A stretch of DNA of 45,119 nucleotides from the NCBI GenBank assembly GCA_002791295.1, contig PFWU01000049.1:231-45349 (forward strand), in the 5' to 3' direction. The translations under genes and the position numbers were made by a program. The stretch's first letter is position 1; each line of letters starts with the position of its first letter. This document shows, one piece after another, positions 17,821 through 29,100 of this stretch. The notes beneath the pieces were generated by a model, which ran no database searches, was not told where the DNA came from, and was given only the letters and a program-made list of their open reading frames with translations. The DNA is from Candidatus Uhrbacteria bacterium CG_4_9_14_3_um_filter_50_9 (GTDB lineage: Bacteria; Patescibacteriota; Patescibacteriia; UBA9934; GWF2-40-263).

Positions 17821-19461
17821 ATGAAACCAGAAGGATTTCGCAATCGTCACGAAGAGGAGACAGGGGGTCGTGTTGAGATTTCGGAACACATGACTCATAT
17901 CGTGGATGTGGATGTGATGGGTGAGCAGGTGCGTGATCTGCGACGTGAACATTCTGCATTATCAGACGAGGCTTGGGTGAAGCGGGTGCTTAAAGAACAC
18001 GGACGGGATGTCCAAATGCCAGAAGGATATCAATGGAGTCCAGAGCTTGAGGAGGAAATTCGTTCCACACCTATTGAAGGTGTGCGAGAAAAACGTAACG
18101 GTGAGCAGCCACCACCACCAATCATCGATCAAAACGGACCCGTGGCACCCAATGCAATTTATGTGCGCGGACTTAAATGGCAGATCGGGAAAAAAATAGC
18201 TCAGGGAGGCTTTGGTTCTGTGTACGAGGTGCGTCATGGGGGAGGGAAACAGCGGAAACGTCTCGTCAAGCTGATGGCCATTTCCGGTGATCGTCCTAAC
18301 AAAGCGCATTTGACTGGGCTGCTTTGGAATGAGATCGGTGCCGCAATGGCTGCTGGTGACTATGTGGGGGACGAGGTGGTCTATGATGAATCTGATGGGC
18401 TGTGGATTGCGTTTGTGATGGAGCGTCACCGTGGCTCAAGTTTGAAAGATGTGGTCCTTCAGCGCCGCTATGAACAACGAGAACCCTCAACTCCTCCTGT
18501 GGCTAAGGTTGTTTATGAACCAACACTGCCACTTGCGAATATTCAACAACGTATCGAACACCCTCTCGATACTTCAGAAGAGTCTGTAAGACCCTCGTAT
18601 GAGGTTCTGGATTCAGAAAAAGCCATGCAGGACATTGAGCCATCTAAAGAAGGAGCGAAGTGGATGTATAAACAGGCCATGGCACTTCGGTCAGTGGTGA
18701 GTGTCTTGAGACGCATGCATGCGCAAGGATGGATTCATCGAGATATCAAGTCCGACAACGTCATTGTGAATCTGAATGATGGGGAGGAATCTCTTTCTCG
18801 CCCAATCGATTTTGGGATCGCCGAGCGGGCCGGAGCGATTCGTCGATTTATTCCATCAATGCTGACAGGAACCATCTCTTACATGCTGCCAGAATCCGTT
18901 GCTGGGCAGAACGCTGATCGACGTATTGAAGATTATTGGGGAGCCATGCTCTCCACAGCTGAGGGGTTAGGACTTGTCGATATGGAAGCGTCAAGAAATA
19001 ATCTGTCGACGCTTCAGATTCTTTATAAGCAACAAAACGGCACCTACCTCCATGCGCCACAACTCGCTCACCCAGCCGATGCAGAAGTCTACTTTCGTCG
19101 TGAGGGGATTGGGGGGGTTCAGCAGGAATTCATGCTCTGGGTGTATCGATTTATTTTGCCGCATATGAATATTGAGGATCGTCAATCCATGTGGCGCGAG
19201 CGTGGTGTGACGAAGACACTCGATCTTCCTCCTCGACCAGAAGGACTGACATCGCTGGATGAAGAGGAAGAACCATTTTTGGAGACGCAAGGCGATTTTC
19301 TTGATGACGATAGGTTTGTAGATGAACTTGAAGGGTTCATCTGCCGGTTGGCACAGGAAGCACAGATGCCGATTCCAGATAGGGTCCTTGAGCAGCTTCA
19401 AGAGTTTCCGGATGATCAAACGGTTGAAGAACGTATCTTGGTAGAACACGCAGCAAAATAG
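17821..19461 (+). CDS. Soluble Hanks-type Ser/Thr protein kinase
   Basis: IAQGGFGSVY, LVK, NEI, HRDIKSDN, DFG, GTISYMLPE; no TM segment. Start set at ATG 17821. Confidence 0.88.
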   Translation: MKPEGFRNRHEEETGGRVEISEHMTHIVDVDVMGEQVRDLRREHSALSDEAWVKRVLKEHGRDVQMPEGYQWSPELEEEIRSTPIEGVREKRNGEQPPPPIIDQNGPVAPNAIYVRGLKWQIGKKIAQGGFGSVYEVRHGGGKQRKRLVKLMAISGDRPNKAHLTGLLWNEIGAAMAAGDYVGDEVVYDESDGLWIAFVMERHRGSSLKDVVLQRRYEQREPSTPPVAKVVYEPTLPLANIQQRIEHPLDTSEESVRPSYEVLDSEKAMQDIEPSKEGAKWMYKQAMALRSVVSVLRRMHAQGWIHRDIKSDNVIVNLNDGEESLSRPIDFGIAERAGAIRRFIPSMLTGTISYMLPESVAGQNADRRIEDYWGAMLSTAEGLGLVDMEASRNNLSTLQILYKQQNGTYLHAPQLAHPADAEVYFRREGIGGVQQEFMLWVYRFILPHMNIEDRQSMWRERGVTKTLDLPPRPEGLTSLDEEEEPFLETQGDFLDDDRFVDELEGFICRLAQEAQMPIPDRVLEQLQEFPDDQTVEERILVEHAAK

Positions 19462-19478
19462 ATCACCAAAAAGATCTC

Positions 19479-19507
19479 TTGACAGGGTTTCACAACTTAG
19501 ACAAAAT
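19479..19507 (+). promoter_or_regulatory. groESL sigma70 promoter
   Basis: TTGACA-17 nt-CAAAAT. Confidence 0.75.
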
Positions 19508-19514
19508 GACGGCG

Positions 19515-19541
19515 TTAGCACTCCTACGTATAGACTGCTAG
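19515..19541 (+). promoter_or_regulatory. CIRCE operator (HrcA site)
   Basis: TTAGCACTC-N9-GACTGCTAG versus consensus TTAGCACTC-N9-GAGTGCTAA, just downstream of the groES promoter. Confidence 0.92.
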
Positions 19542-19585
19542 CGTCTTATTTTATCTAACACTATTAAGAATTTATTCACACGAGT

Positions 19586-19876
19586 ATGAAACTCACACCT
19601 GTTTCAGATCACATTGTCGTGAAAGCGGTCTCAAAAGAAGAGACGTCAGCTGCTGGGATTATCATTCCAGATACCGTTGATAAGGAGCGACCAGAGCGTG
19701 GAGAGGTTGTGGCGGTTGGTCCTGGACGTGTTATGGAGAATGGTTCCCGTTCACCGATGGAGGTTTCTGTCGGACAGACCGTCTTGTTTAAAAAATACGC
19801 GCCAGATGAGGTTAAAGTGGATGGGGAAGAATATCTCATTATCAAAATGGACGACCTTATGGCCGTCGTCGAGTAA
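19586..19876 (+). CDS. groES: Co-chaperonin GroES
   Basis: MKLTPVSDHIVV...GIIIPDT..KERP..GEVVAVGPG...V.VG..VLFKKY. Confidence 0.98.
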   Translation: MKLTPVSDHIVVKAVSKEETSAAGIIIPDTVDKERPERGEVVAVGPGRVMENGSRSPMEVSVGQTVLFKKYAPDEVKVDGEEYLIIKMDDLMAVVE

Positions 19877-19879
19877 TAA

Positions 19880-21517
<1,638 letters not shown>

Positions 21518-21539
21518 GGAACAGCCCTACTCAACAGAG

Positions 21540-21567
21540 AAAAGACAGGGTATAAGCCCTGTCTTTT
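21540..21567 (+). terminator. groESL terminator
   Basis: AAAAGACAGGG-tataag-CCCTGTCTTTT. Confidence 0.85.
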
Positions 21568-21620
21568 AGTTGGAGAAGCGGCTCAGTTCTGTTACAATTA
21601 GCTAAGAATTAACCAAATCT

Positions 21621-21956
21621 ATGACACAAAAGAATACATCTCATTCATCAGAAGGGCTCCAGGAAGATCGTCTTATTGCGGCTATTGGGTATCTTGGGAT
21701 CCTTTGCGTGGTTCCGCTTTTACTTAAGAAGGATAGTAAGTTTGCGCAGCATCATGGAAAGCAAGGTTTGGTTCTGTTGATTGCCTGGCTCATTCTATGG
21801 GTGGGAAACATCATTCCAATTATTGGACAGATTGTCTGGATGCTTGGAACCATTGTAATCCTTATTCTGATCATTCTCGGAATGATTAATGCGCTCAACG
21901 GAAAATTTTGGGACATGCCTGTCTTAGGAAAGTACGCCAAGCAGATCAAACTTTAA
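21621..21956 (+). CDS. DUF4870/Tic20-like small membrane protein
   Basis: IAAIGYLGIL..VPLL..KDS.FA.HH.KQG...IPIIG...GMINALNGK...MPVLG. Confidence 0.85.
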   Translation: MTQKNTSHSSEGLQEDRLIAAIGYLGILCVVPLLLKKDSKFAQHHGKQGLVLLIAWLILWVGNIIPIIGQIVWMLGTIVILILIILGMINALNGKFWDMPVLGKYAKQIKL

Positions 21957-21959
21957 GTT

Positions 21960-23094
21960 ATGAAGGAGTTACTTGCTAACATCCAAGACCTCCAGGTCCG
22001 CGCACGCGAGACGTGGGGGTTACTTTGACCTTGATGCCGTGGAGACACAGATTAAGACGCTTGATGTTGAGATGACGGCACCGGATTTTTGGAATGATCA
22101 AGAGCAGGCACAGCGTGTAAGCAAGCAGACAGCGGCTCTGAGGTCAGAAGTTGAACAGTGGAAAGGGTTTCTCGGGGAAGTTGCCGATGTAGAAGAGTTT
22201 GCTGCGCTTGCTGAGACTCAGGGGGACGAGTCCCTGTATGACGATATTGCAAGCAAGCTGAAAGATTTGAAGGAGCGGTTTTCCAAAATGGAATTCGCCA
22301 CACTGTTTGCAAGCACCTATGACAAGGATCCGGCCATCATCTCGATTCATGCAGGTTCAGGAGGAACGGAGGCTCAGGATTGGACAGAGATGCTTCTGCG
22401 AATGTTTGCACGATTTGCTGAGCAGAAAGATTGGGATGTGCGCATTTTAGACGAGTCACGCGCAGAAGATGTGGGGCTAAAGAGTGTCACTGTTCGTGTG
22501 GAAGGACGATGGGCCTATGGGTACTTCAGGTCCGAGGCGGGCGTGCATCGCTTGGTGCGCATCTCGCCATTTGATGCTGAGAAGATGCGGCACACCACGT
22601 TTGCGCTTGTTGAGGTGATCCCTGAGCTCGATGATGTTTCAGAGATTGAGATCGATCAAAAAGATTTGCGCATTGATACGTTCCTTTCGAGTGGGAAGGG
22701 GGGGCAGAGCGTGAACACGACGTATTCGGCCGTACGCATTGTGCATCTCCCCACGAAGATTGCTGTTTCCTGTCAGAATGAACGGTCGCAGCAACAGAAT
22801 AAAGAGACAGCCATGAAGGTTCTAAAGTCGAAACTCCATCAGATCCAACTTGAAAAACAGCAAAAGAAAAAAGACGCATTACGCGGAGAATATACCTCGG
22901 CTGAATGGGGGAATCAGATTCGTTCGTATGTGCTGCACCCGTATAAGCTCGTCAAGGATCATCGGACCAATCATGAGACGTCGGACACGCAAGGGGTACT
23001 CGACGGGGAGCTAGAACCTTTTATGGAAGCATTTCTTCGATGGGAGCTTGAACAATCAGATCGGTTCGAAGAAGCAAATCGTGACAACGATTAA
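21960..23094 (+). CDS. prfB: Peptide chain release factor 2, +1 programmed frameshift after codon 22
   Basis: ATG 21960 gives MKELLANIQDLQVRARETWGLL, then GGGGG-TTA-CTT-TGA-C (22015-22029); the +1 frame carries GGTEAQDW, SPF and GGQ motifs. Confidence 0.97.
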
Positions 23095-23095
23095 T

Positions 23096-24028
23096 ATGGC
23101 CAAGAAATACAAAACAGCATTAGTGACCGGGGGAGCGGGATTCATTGGATCCCATATTGTGGATGCACTGATTAAGCGACGGATTAAAGTGTATGTTGTC
23201 GATGACCTGTCGAGTGGGCGAAAGTCGAACGTGAACCCCAATGCACACTTCACCAAGATGTCGATTTTGAATCCTCAGTTTCCGAAGTATCTCAAGCGTG
23301 TGAGCCCAGACATTATTTTTCACACAGCTGCACATATTAACCTGCGTGAAAGCATTATTGATCCGCCGAGTGATGCAGAAACAAACGTGCTTGGCACACT
23401 CAAGCTGGCTCACCACGCCGGAAAGATTGGGGTGAAGAAGATTGTCTTTTCTTCAACGGGTGGGGCGATGTATTCCACAGACGCACGTATCCCAACTTCT
23501 GAAAAAGTCGCACCAGCGCCGATTTCTCCTTATGGAATCGCCAAGCGTTCGGGGGAGATGTACTTGAACTTTGCTTATCACGTGCATGGGATCGAGTATA
23601 TTGCGCTTAGATACGCAAACGTCTACGGTCCACGTCAACATGCCAAAAGTGAGTCTGGTGTGATTTCAATTTTTGGAGAGAAGATGCTTCAGGGGGAGCC
23701 TGTGGCTATTTCAGGGTCGGGGAAGCAAACACGTGATTTTGTGTATGTGGACGATGTCGTGCGGGCAAACATGCTTGCTATGAACAAAAAGGTGATTGGG
23801 GAGTTTAATATCGGTACTGGAAAAGAAACGGATATCAATACGCTGTTTCGAAAAATGAAAGACATTACGGGTTACCAACTGAGCCCAAGAAAACTTCCGG
23901 AACCTCCGGGAGAGATTGCACGCTCAGCACTTGATGCACGCAAGGCACGAGCTTATCTCGGCTGGACACCGAAGACACGGCTCGAAGAGGGACTTCAAAA
24001 AACCATCCGATCATTTCAAAAGAAGTAG
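23096..24028 (+). CDS. NAD-dependent epimerase/dehydratase (GalE-like extended SDR)
   Basis: ALVTGGAGFIGSH, FSSTGGAMY, YGIAK (YxxxK), LRYANVYGPRQ, RDFVYVDD; start moved to ATG 23096. Confidence 0.92.
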   Translation: MAKKYKTALVTGGAGFIGSHIVDALIKRRIKVYVVDDLSSGRKSNVNPNAHFTKMSILNPQFPKYLKRVSPDIIFHTAAHINLRESIIDPPSDAETNVLGTLKLAHHAGKIGVKKIVFSSTGGAMYSTDARIPTSEKVAPAPISPYGIAKRSGEMYLNFAYHVHGIEYIALRYANVYGPRQHAKSESGVISIFGEKMLQGEPVAISGSGKQTRDFVYVDDVVRANMLAMNKKVIGEFNIGTGKETDINTLFRKMKDITGYQLSPRKLPEPPGEIARSALDARKARAYLGWTPKTRLEEGLQKTIRSFQKK

Positions 24029-24029
24029 C

Positions 24030-24620
24030 ATGGACATTTCTCGAGAACAGTTAGACGAGGCTATTGCCGTCCTTAAACGAGGTGGTGTTGTTGTGTTTCC
24101 AACGGAGACGGCTTATGGACTGGCAGCAGATGCGACGAATTCAGAGGCCACACAGCGTGTGTGTGAGATCAAAGAACGAATTCAGGAGAAAGTCCTTCCG
24201 ATCATTGCGGCTGACCGAGCAATGGTTGAACGTGTTGCCGGGATTCCTAGTGGATTTAATCGGCTTGTGACACGTTACTGGCCAGGTCCGCTTACACTCA
24301 TCTTGCCGGCGCTGTCGGAACAGCTTGCTCCGGGAGTGATTGCGAACGACGAAGTCGCTGTTCGGGTTTCTTCGCATCCAGTCGCACGTGCGCTCTCAGA
24401 AGGGTTGGGTCAGCCCATTGTTTCAACCTCTGCGAACAAATCGGGCGAGCCAGTGTGTTATTCCATTCAGGACGTGCGAGACCAGCTAGGAGCGTTGCCG
24501 GACTATTATCTTGATGCGGGCGAACTCATTCCAGAACCTCCGTCTACCATTGTCACGTTGGATGATTATGGTTTGCCTGAGGTGTTGCGTCAGGGAGGCA
24601 TCAAGATTGACGAGCTCTAG
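24030..24620 (+). CDS. tsaC: L-threonylcarbamoyladenylate synthase (TsaC/YrdC, single domain)
   Basis: GGVVVFPTETAYGL, IKER, YWPGPLTLIL, VAVR, STSANKSG, PSTIV, LRQG; start moved to ATG 24030. Confidence 0.95.
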   Translation: MDISREQLDEAIAVLKRGGVVVFPTETAYGLAADATNSEATQRVCEIKERIQEKVLPIIAADRAMVERVAGIPSGFNRLVTRYWPGPLTLILPALSEQLAPGVIANDEVAVRVSSHPVARALSEGLGQPIVSTSANKSGEPVCYSIQDVRDQLGALPDYYLDAGELIPEPPSTIVTLDDYGLPEVLRQGGIKIDEL

Positions 24621-24622
24621 CT

Positions 24623-25402
24623 ATGTTACCTCGAGCAAAAAAAACATTTGGTCAGAATTGGCTGGTGGATGAGACTGTAGTGCGTAAGATGATAGAGGGA
24701 GCAGAAATCCAAGTGGGGGAAGAGGTGCTTGAAGTTGGCCCGGGTACAGGTGTTCTGACACAGGCACTCGTGGACGCTGGGGCGAAGGTTACCGCGATCG
24801 AGGCTGACAAAACATTAATCGATGGACTTCAAGAGCGCTTTCATGATCAGATCACGCTCTACCTTGGAAATGCTCTGAGTGGTTCAGGGATGCGACCCGC
24901 AGTTCCGTACAAGCTCGTGGCAAATATTCCCTACAACATCACTTCAGAGCTGATACAGACATTTCTCACCACAGAACCTAGACCCGTGAGTCTGATTCTC
25001 ATGGTGCAAAAAGAGGTTGCGGATCGAATTACGGCCAAACCTCCAGAGATGAGTCTACTTTCTGTGGTGTGCCAGGCTTATGCAGAGTGCAAGAAACTTT
25101 TTACGGTCCCCGCAGGAGCCTTTAGACCCATTCCCAAAGTTCAATCGGCCGTAGTGAGGCTTGATCTATTCCCTATGGGGGATCAAGAGTCAGTCATTCA
25201 GATCGCAAAACAGGGTTTTTCTTCTAAGCGCAAGCAGCTTCACAAGAATCTCTCATCCCTCAGAGGTCTTGACTCAGAACAGGTAAAAATGTGGTTGACA
25301 GACCTAGGTTTTGACCCGCGAGCACGCGCTGAAACCCTCACTGTGGACGACTGGAAACAACTTACCCACAAATACAAGCAATTGATTGCTCAAAACACCT
25401 AG
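24623..25402 (+). CDS. rsmA: 16S rRNA adenine dimethyltransferase RsmA/KsgA
   Basis: KKTFGQNWL, LEVGPGTGVLT, VANIPYNIT, MVQKEVADRI, F.P.PKV.SAVV, RAETL. Confidence 0.96.
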   Translation: MLPRAKKTFGQNWLVDETVVRKMIEGAEIQVGEEVLEVGPGTGVLTQALVDAGAKVTAIEADKTLIDGLQERFHDQITLYLGNALSGSGMRPAVPYKLVANIPYNITSELIQTFLTTEPRPVSLILMVQKEVADRITAKPPEMSLLSVVCQAYAECKKLFTVPAGAFRPIPKVQSAVVRLDLFPMGDQESVIQIAKQGFSSKRKQLHKNLSSLRGLDSEQVKMWLTDLGFDPRARAETLTVDDWKQLTHKYKQLIAQNT

Positions 25403-25428
25403 GACTTACCTAGGTGTTTTGTTATAAT
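25391..25428 (+). promoter_or_regulatory. 13-bp inverted repeat (rsmA terminator or operator) fused to an extended -10 promoter for the surface-protein operon
   Basis: CAAAACACCTAGG-actta-CCTAGGTGTTTTG immediately followed by TG-T-TATAAT (25420-25428), 12 nt before ATG 25441. Confidence 0.6.
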
Positions 25429-25440
25429 GGTTTTAAGATT

Positions 25441-26136
25441 ATGGCGATTAAACGCATCGGAAATCGCCCGCGTTCACCCCTCGGAGCGGAGCAGAAGATT
25501 GCTTTTGCTCTATTGATGTTTCTTGGGGTTGGTGGAGTCTTTTTTGGCTTCAAATCCTTTGGTGCAAACTTGATGCGGCCGATTCAAACACAAATTGCAG
25601 ACCTGTATACAGGGGAAACGTTTTTGACCACAGGGGAGCGGGAGGCTGAGGCGCTTGAGGAATCAAAGACGAAGGACACAGACGGTGATGGTTTGGTCGA
25701 CTACGACGAGCTCTACATCTACAAGACGAGTCCCTACATTATTGATTCAGATTCGGATGGTTATAGCGACTACGAAGAAGTCTATTCAGGGAATGATCCA
25801 GGATGTCCTGTTGGTCGAACCTGTAGCTCGGTGGATGGTGATGCAGAAGAGGCCACAACAACCAATCCAGCGCTGGAGGAACTGATCGAGGCGGAAGCAG
25901 ATTCAGAATTAGCTGGTGTCGACATTGACTTGAGTGATCCGGAGTCTATCACTGAATATCTCCAGACAGTGACAATGAATGAAGTGCGTGCCGCACTGTT
26001 GGAGTCAGGAGTGTCCCAAGAGGAGTTGGATGCAATTGACGATGAGACTCTTGCAAAACTTTTTTACGAAACGCTTTCAGAGATAGAAGATGAGGGAGCT
26101 GCGGCAACAGAAGAAAGCACAGAAACGACTGAGTAA
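25441..26136 (+). CDS. Membrane-anchored acidic protein with bacterial thrombospondin type-3 (Ca-binding) repeats
   Basis: N-terminal TM helix; DTDGDGLVDYDE..IYKTSPY..DSDSDGYSDYEE...GNDP; start moved to ATG 25441. Confidence 0.85.
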   Translation: MAIKRIGNRPRSPLGAEQKIAFALLMFLGVGGVFFGFKSFGANLMRPIQTQIADLYTGETFLTTGEREAEALEESKTKDTDGDGLVDYDELYIYKTSPYIIDSDSDGYSDYEEVYSGNDPGCPVGRTCSSVDGDAEEATTTNPALEELIEAEADSELAGVDIDLSDPESITEYLQTVTMNEVRAALLESGVSQEELDAIDDETLAKLFYETLSEIEDEGAAATEESTETTE

Positions 26137-26140
26137 CCTT

Positions 26141-29100
26141 ATGCAGGTAACGCCTAAAACAAAACGATTTGTTGTCACTCTATTCCTGCTCGTTTTTTGT
26201 TTGAGTCTTGGGTCGGTTTTTCTTTCTGATGTCCCGCAGGCTCAAGCAGCTTTTGCATCTCCTGGACAATTCGGTAGCACCATGGACTATGCAACCGCAA
26301 GGCAAGAAGTGAGTGCTGGTGCGGCAGAGGGGGCATGTCCAACGGGTGGTCCGATCACAACGACTTGTCCAGCTACAGGTTTGAGGTTGGTTTTGCACAC
26401 GATTGGAGAAAAGATTATCAGTCCACAATTTCGATTGGTTCTTCTGCAAGCACTTTTGAATGTTTCTCAATTTGTTCTTGATCGATTGGCTTACGAAGCA
26501 GCTGTATCGATTGCTTCGGGTGGTCCAGGTGAGACGTCACTCTTTTATGATAAATCACCCGCAGAAGCCTTTGGTCAGTTAGGACTTGATGTAGCAGGTG
26601 AGACTCTTGGTCAGTTGAACGATATTACAAATGGGTATCTAGGAATTGGGTTCAACCTGTGTGCTCCCAGTCCACTGATTAACTGGGCTGTTTCCATTGG
26701 AATTAAACAGAGGTATCAGCCTGACAAACCTTCCTGTGACATTTTGGAGGTAGGGAAGAACTGGAATAATTACATCTCGAATACCTATCAGACGATTTCA
26801 GATCCAGATACGCGGAACACGGCCATTAAGAAAAAGTTTGCTGAGTCTTTGGCACCAGGTGCGAATGAGCTCTCCGCTTCGTTGCGTTTGAATGTGGCTG
26901 TTGATCAGCAGATTCATGAGAAAAAGATGACGAACTTTTTTGAGCGTACCGAAAAAGAGTATCTAGATGTCATTAATTTTATAACCGGAAATGTAGAAAC
27001 ACCTTCTGAAACGCTACAAGCAGAATTTACGAAGACGACTCTTGATGCAGATGGAAAGGCTACGCGTGACGCAAACTTGCAGGCAGCCATTCAGAATGCA
27101 GATCTTTTGGGAGGTCTTGCGGTTTCAACCGCCTCGACATTTGTTAATACACTTCTTTCAACACTTTTGAATCGGATTTATACCGGTTTATTTGCTATTG
27201 ATACTCCTGACATTGACCTTAATGATTATGAAGGAAGTAGTGGAGGCGATCGTGGTGCCGCCGAAGATCGTTTTGCATCACTCCTTACTTCAAGTCCAAT
27301 CGCCACAGGTTCGATCGATCTTTTGAGCAATTTTGTGGTGTGTACTGCTGGGGGTGGTAATAATCGAGGGTTAAATAATTGTGTGATGGATTCGAATTTT
27401 CTTGCGGCTGTTAGTCGTGGAAACAGTGGGGCACCGCTCACGGTGCAGGAAGCCATCAATGAGGGTCTGTTGAATGGTGATTGGCCTCTTATTTCTCCAG
27501 AAGATCGTTCTTCCAACCAAGATGCATTTTGTTATACCTATGGGTACTGCTACGGAAACATTGTGAAGCTCCGTAAGGCACGTGTTTTGCCAATTGGCTG
27601 GGAACTTGCTGCACTTCGAAATGATCCGAGCAATCCAGATTCGCTCCAAGAGATCATTGATGGATTTGATGACTGTACCGATTTAGGAACGGTTGGTTCT
27701 GCCAGTTCTGACAATGATGATAATCGCTGGTGTCACTTAATCGATCCAAACTGGGTGTTAAAGTATCCAGAAACTCAGTGTCGCGCCACGGTTAATGCGG
27801 AGATTCGTGTCAGTTCGTTGGTGAATGGTCGATTAGGGGAGTGTGTGGACGCTCCAAGTTGTATTGGAGAAGACAACGATGGAAATTGTACAGATGGCTA
27901 TGGTTACTGTGTCCAAGAGCGAAACGTTTGGCGTTTCCGTGGAGAGGAGTGTCCAGAGCAATACACCACATGCCTTGCCCTTGAAAATACAACAACAGGA
28001 GACAGTGATGGGTACCTTGTCAGTACGGTGGACTATAGTGTGTGTGATGGGGACAATGCTGGGTGTTTATGGTACCGCACGAATAAGTATTACTCGGATG
28101 GGGGAACAGAGGATGATGAATCAGACGATACCTATGAGTGGCTCCCAGATGGAGTCGACTACATGACAGCAGAACGCGATAGCGTAAATCGCTATCAGAA
28201 TTCAGCGGGGGATACATCCAGCCGTGCTTCGTTCGGTGAATACGCCTCAAAGGATGACGTTGATGATGCAACGGCAGCTGAGGTCTACTCGTACGAGGAT
28301 CGTCTCTATGTCACACATGCCGTTTCTGAGTGTGATTCTTCTGACGCAGGATGCACACAGTTATACGAAATTGACGAGGATACCATCTTAAACGTGGTGA
28401 AGAATCCGAGTTTTGAGGATGACGACGATGGGGATGCCGTGCCAGATAACTGGCAAATCGTGAGTGGTTCAACCTACGACTATGACACATCTGGTGACGC
28501 CTATTACGGGGATGCTGCGCTTGAGGTTGATGGAACATGGTTTGGTCAATATGTTGGTCTTGCACCAAGTAACTTTTACACATTGAGTGCCTACGTGCGT
28601 GCGGATGATGCATCAGAATCGAGTGGAAACATTTCGATATTCTTGTATGACGAAGATGGCGATCCTGTGAATTTAAGTGGAACGTCCGTTGGCGGTGACT
28701 GTGATGGAACGTTTTCAAGTACGGGTTCCTACATTGTGACACTTGATCCAGCCGATACCAGCACCCTTCCTACTGGGGAATGGACACGCGTGGAGTGTAC
28801 GTTCACCACGAACACAGAAGTCACCCAAGGACTCGTTAATGTGACGAGTGGTGGGGTACTCCGATTCGATGCAGTGCAATTGGAAGTAGGAGAGAACACA
28901 AATGCCTTCACCACAGGGTATCTCACCGTACCAACGGCTGCTTACTACAAGATCGCTCCGGATTACCTCGGATGCACAGGCGCCTCAACTGATCCAGATG
29001 CGTGCGACAGCTACTCCCAAATGTGTTCGGCACAAAATGTTGGATGTAGCCTTTATACTCCTGAAGACGGAGATCCATCCGTTCCAGCCATTATTTCCGA

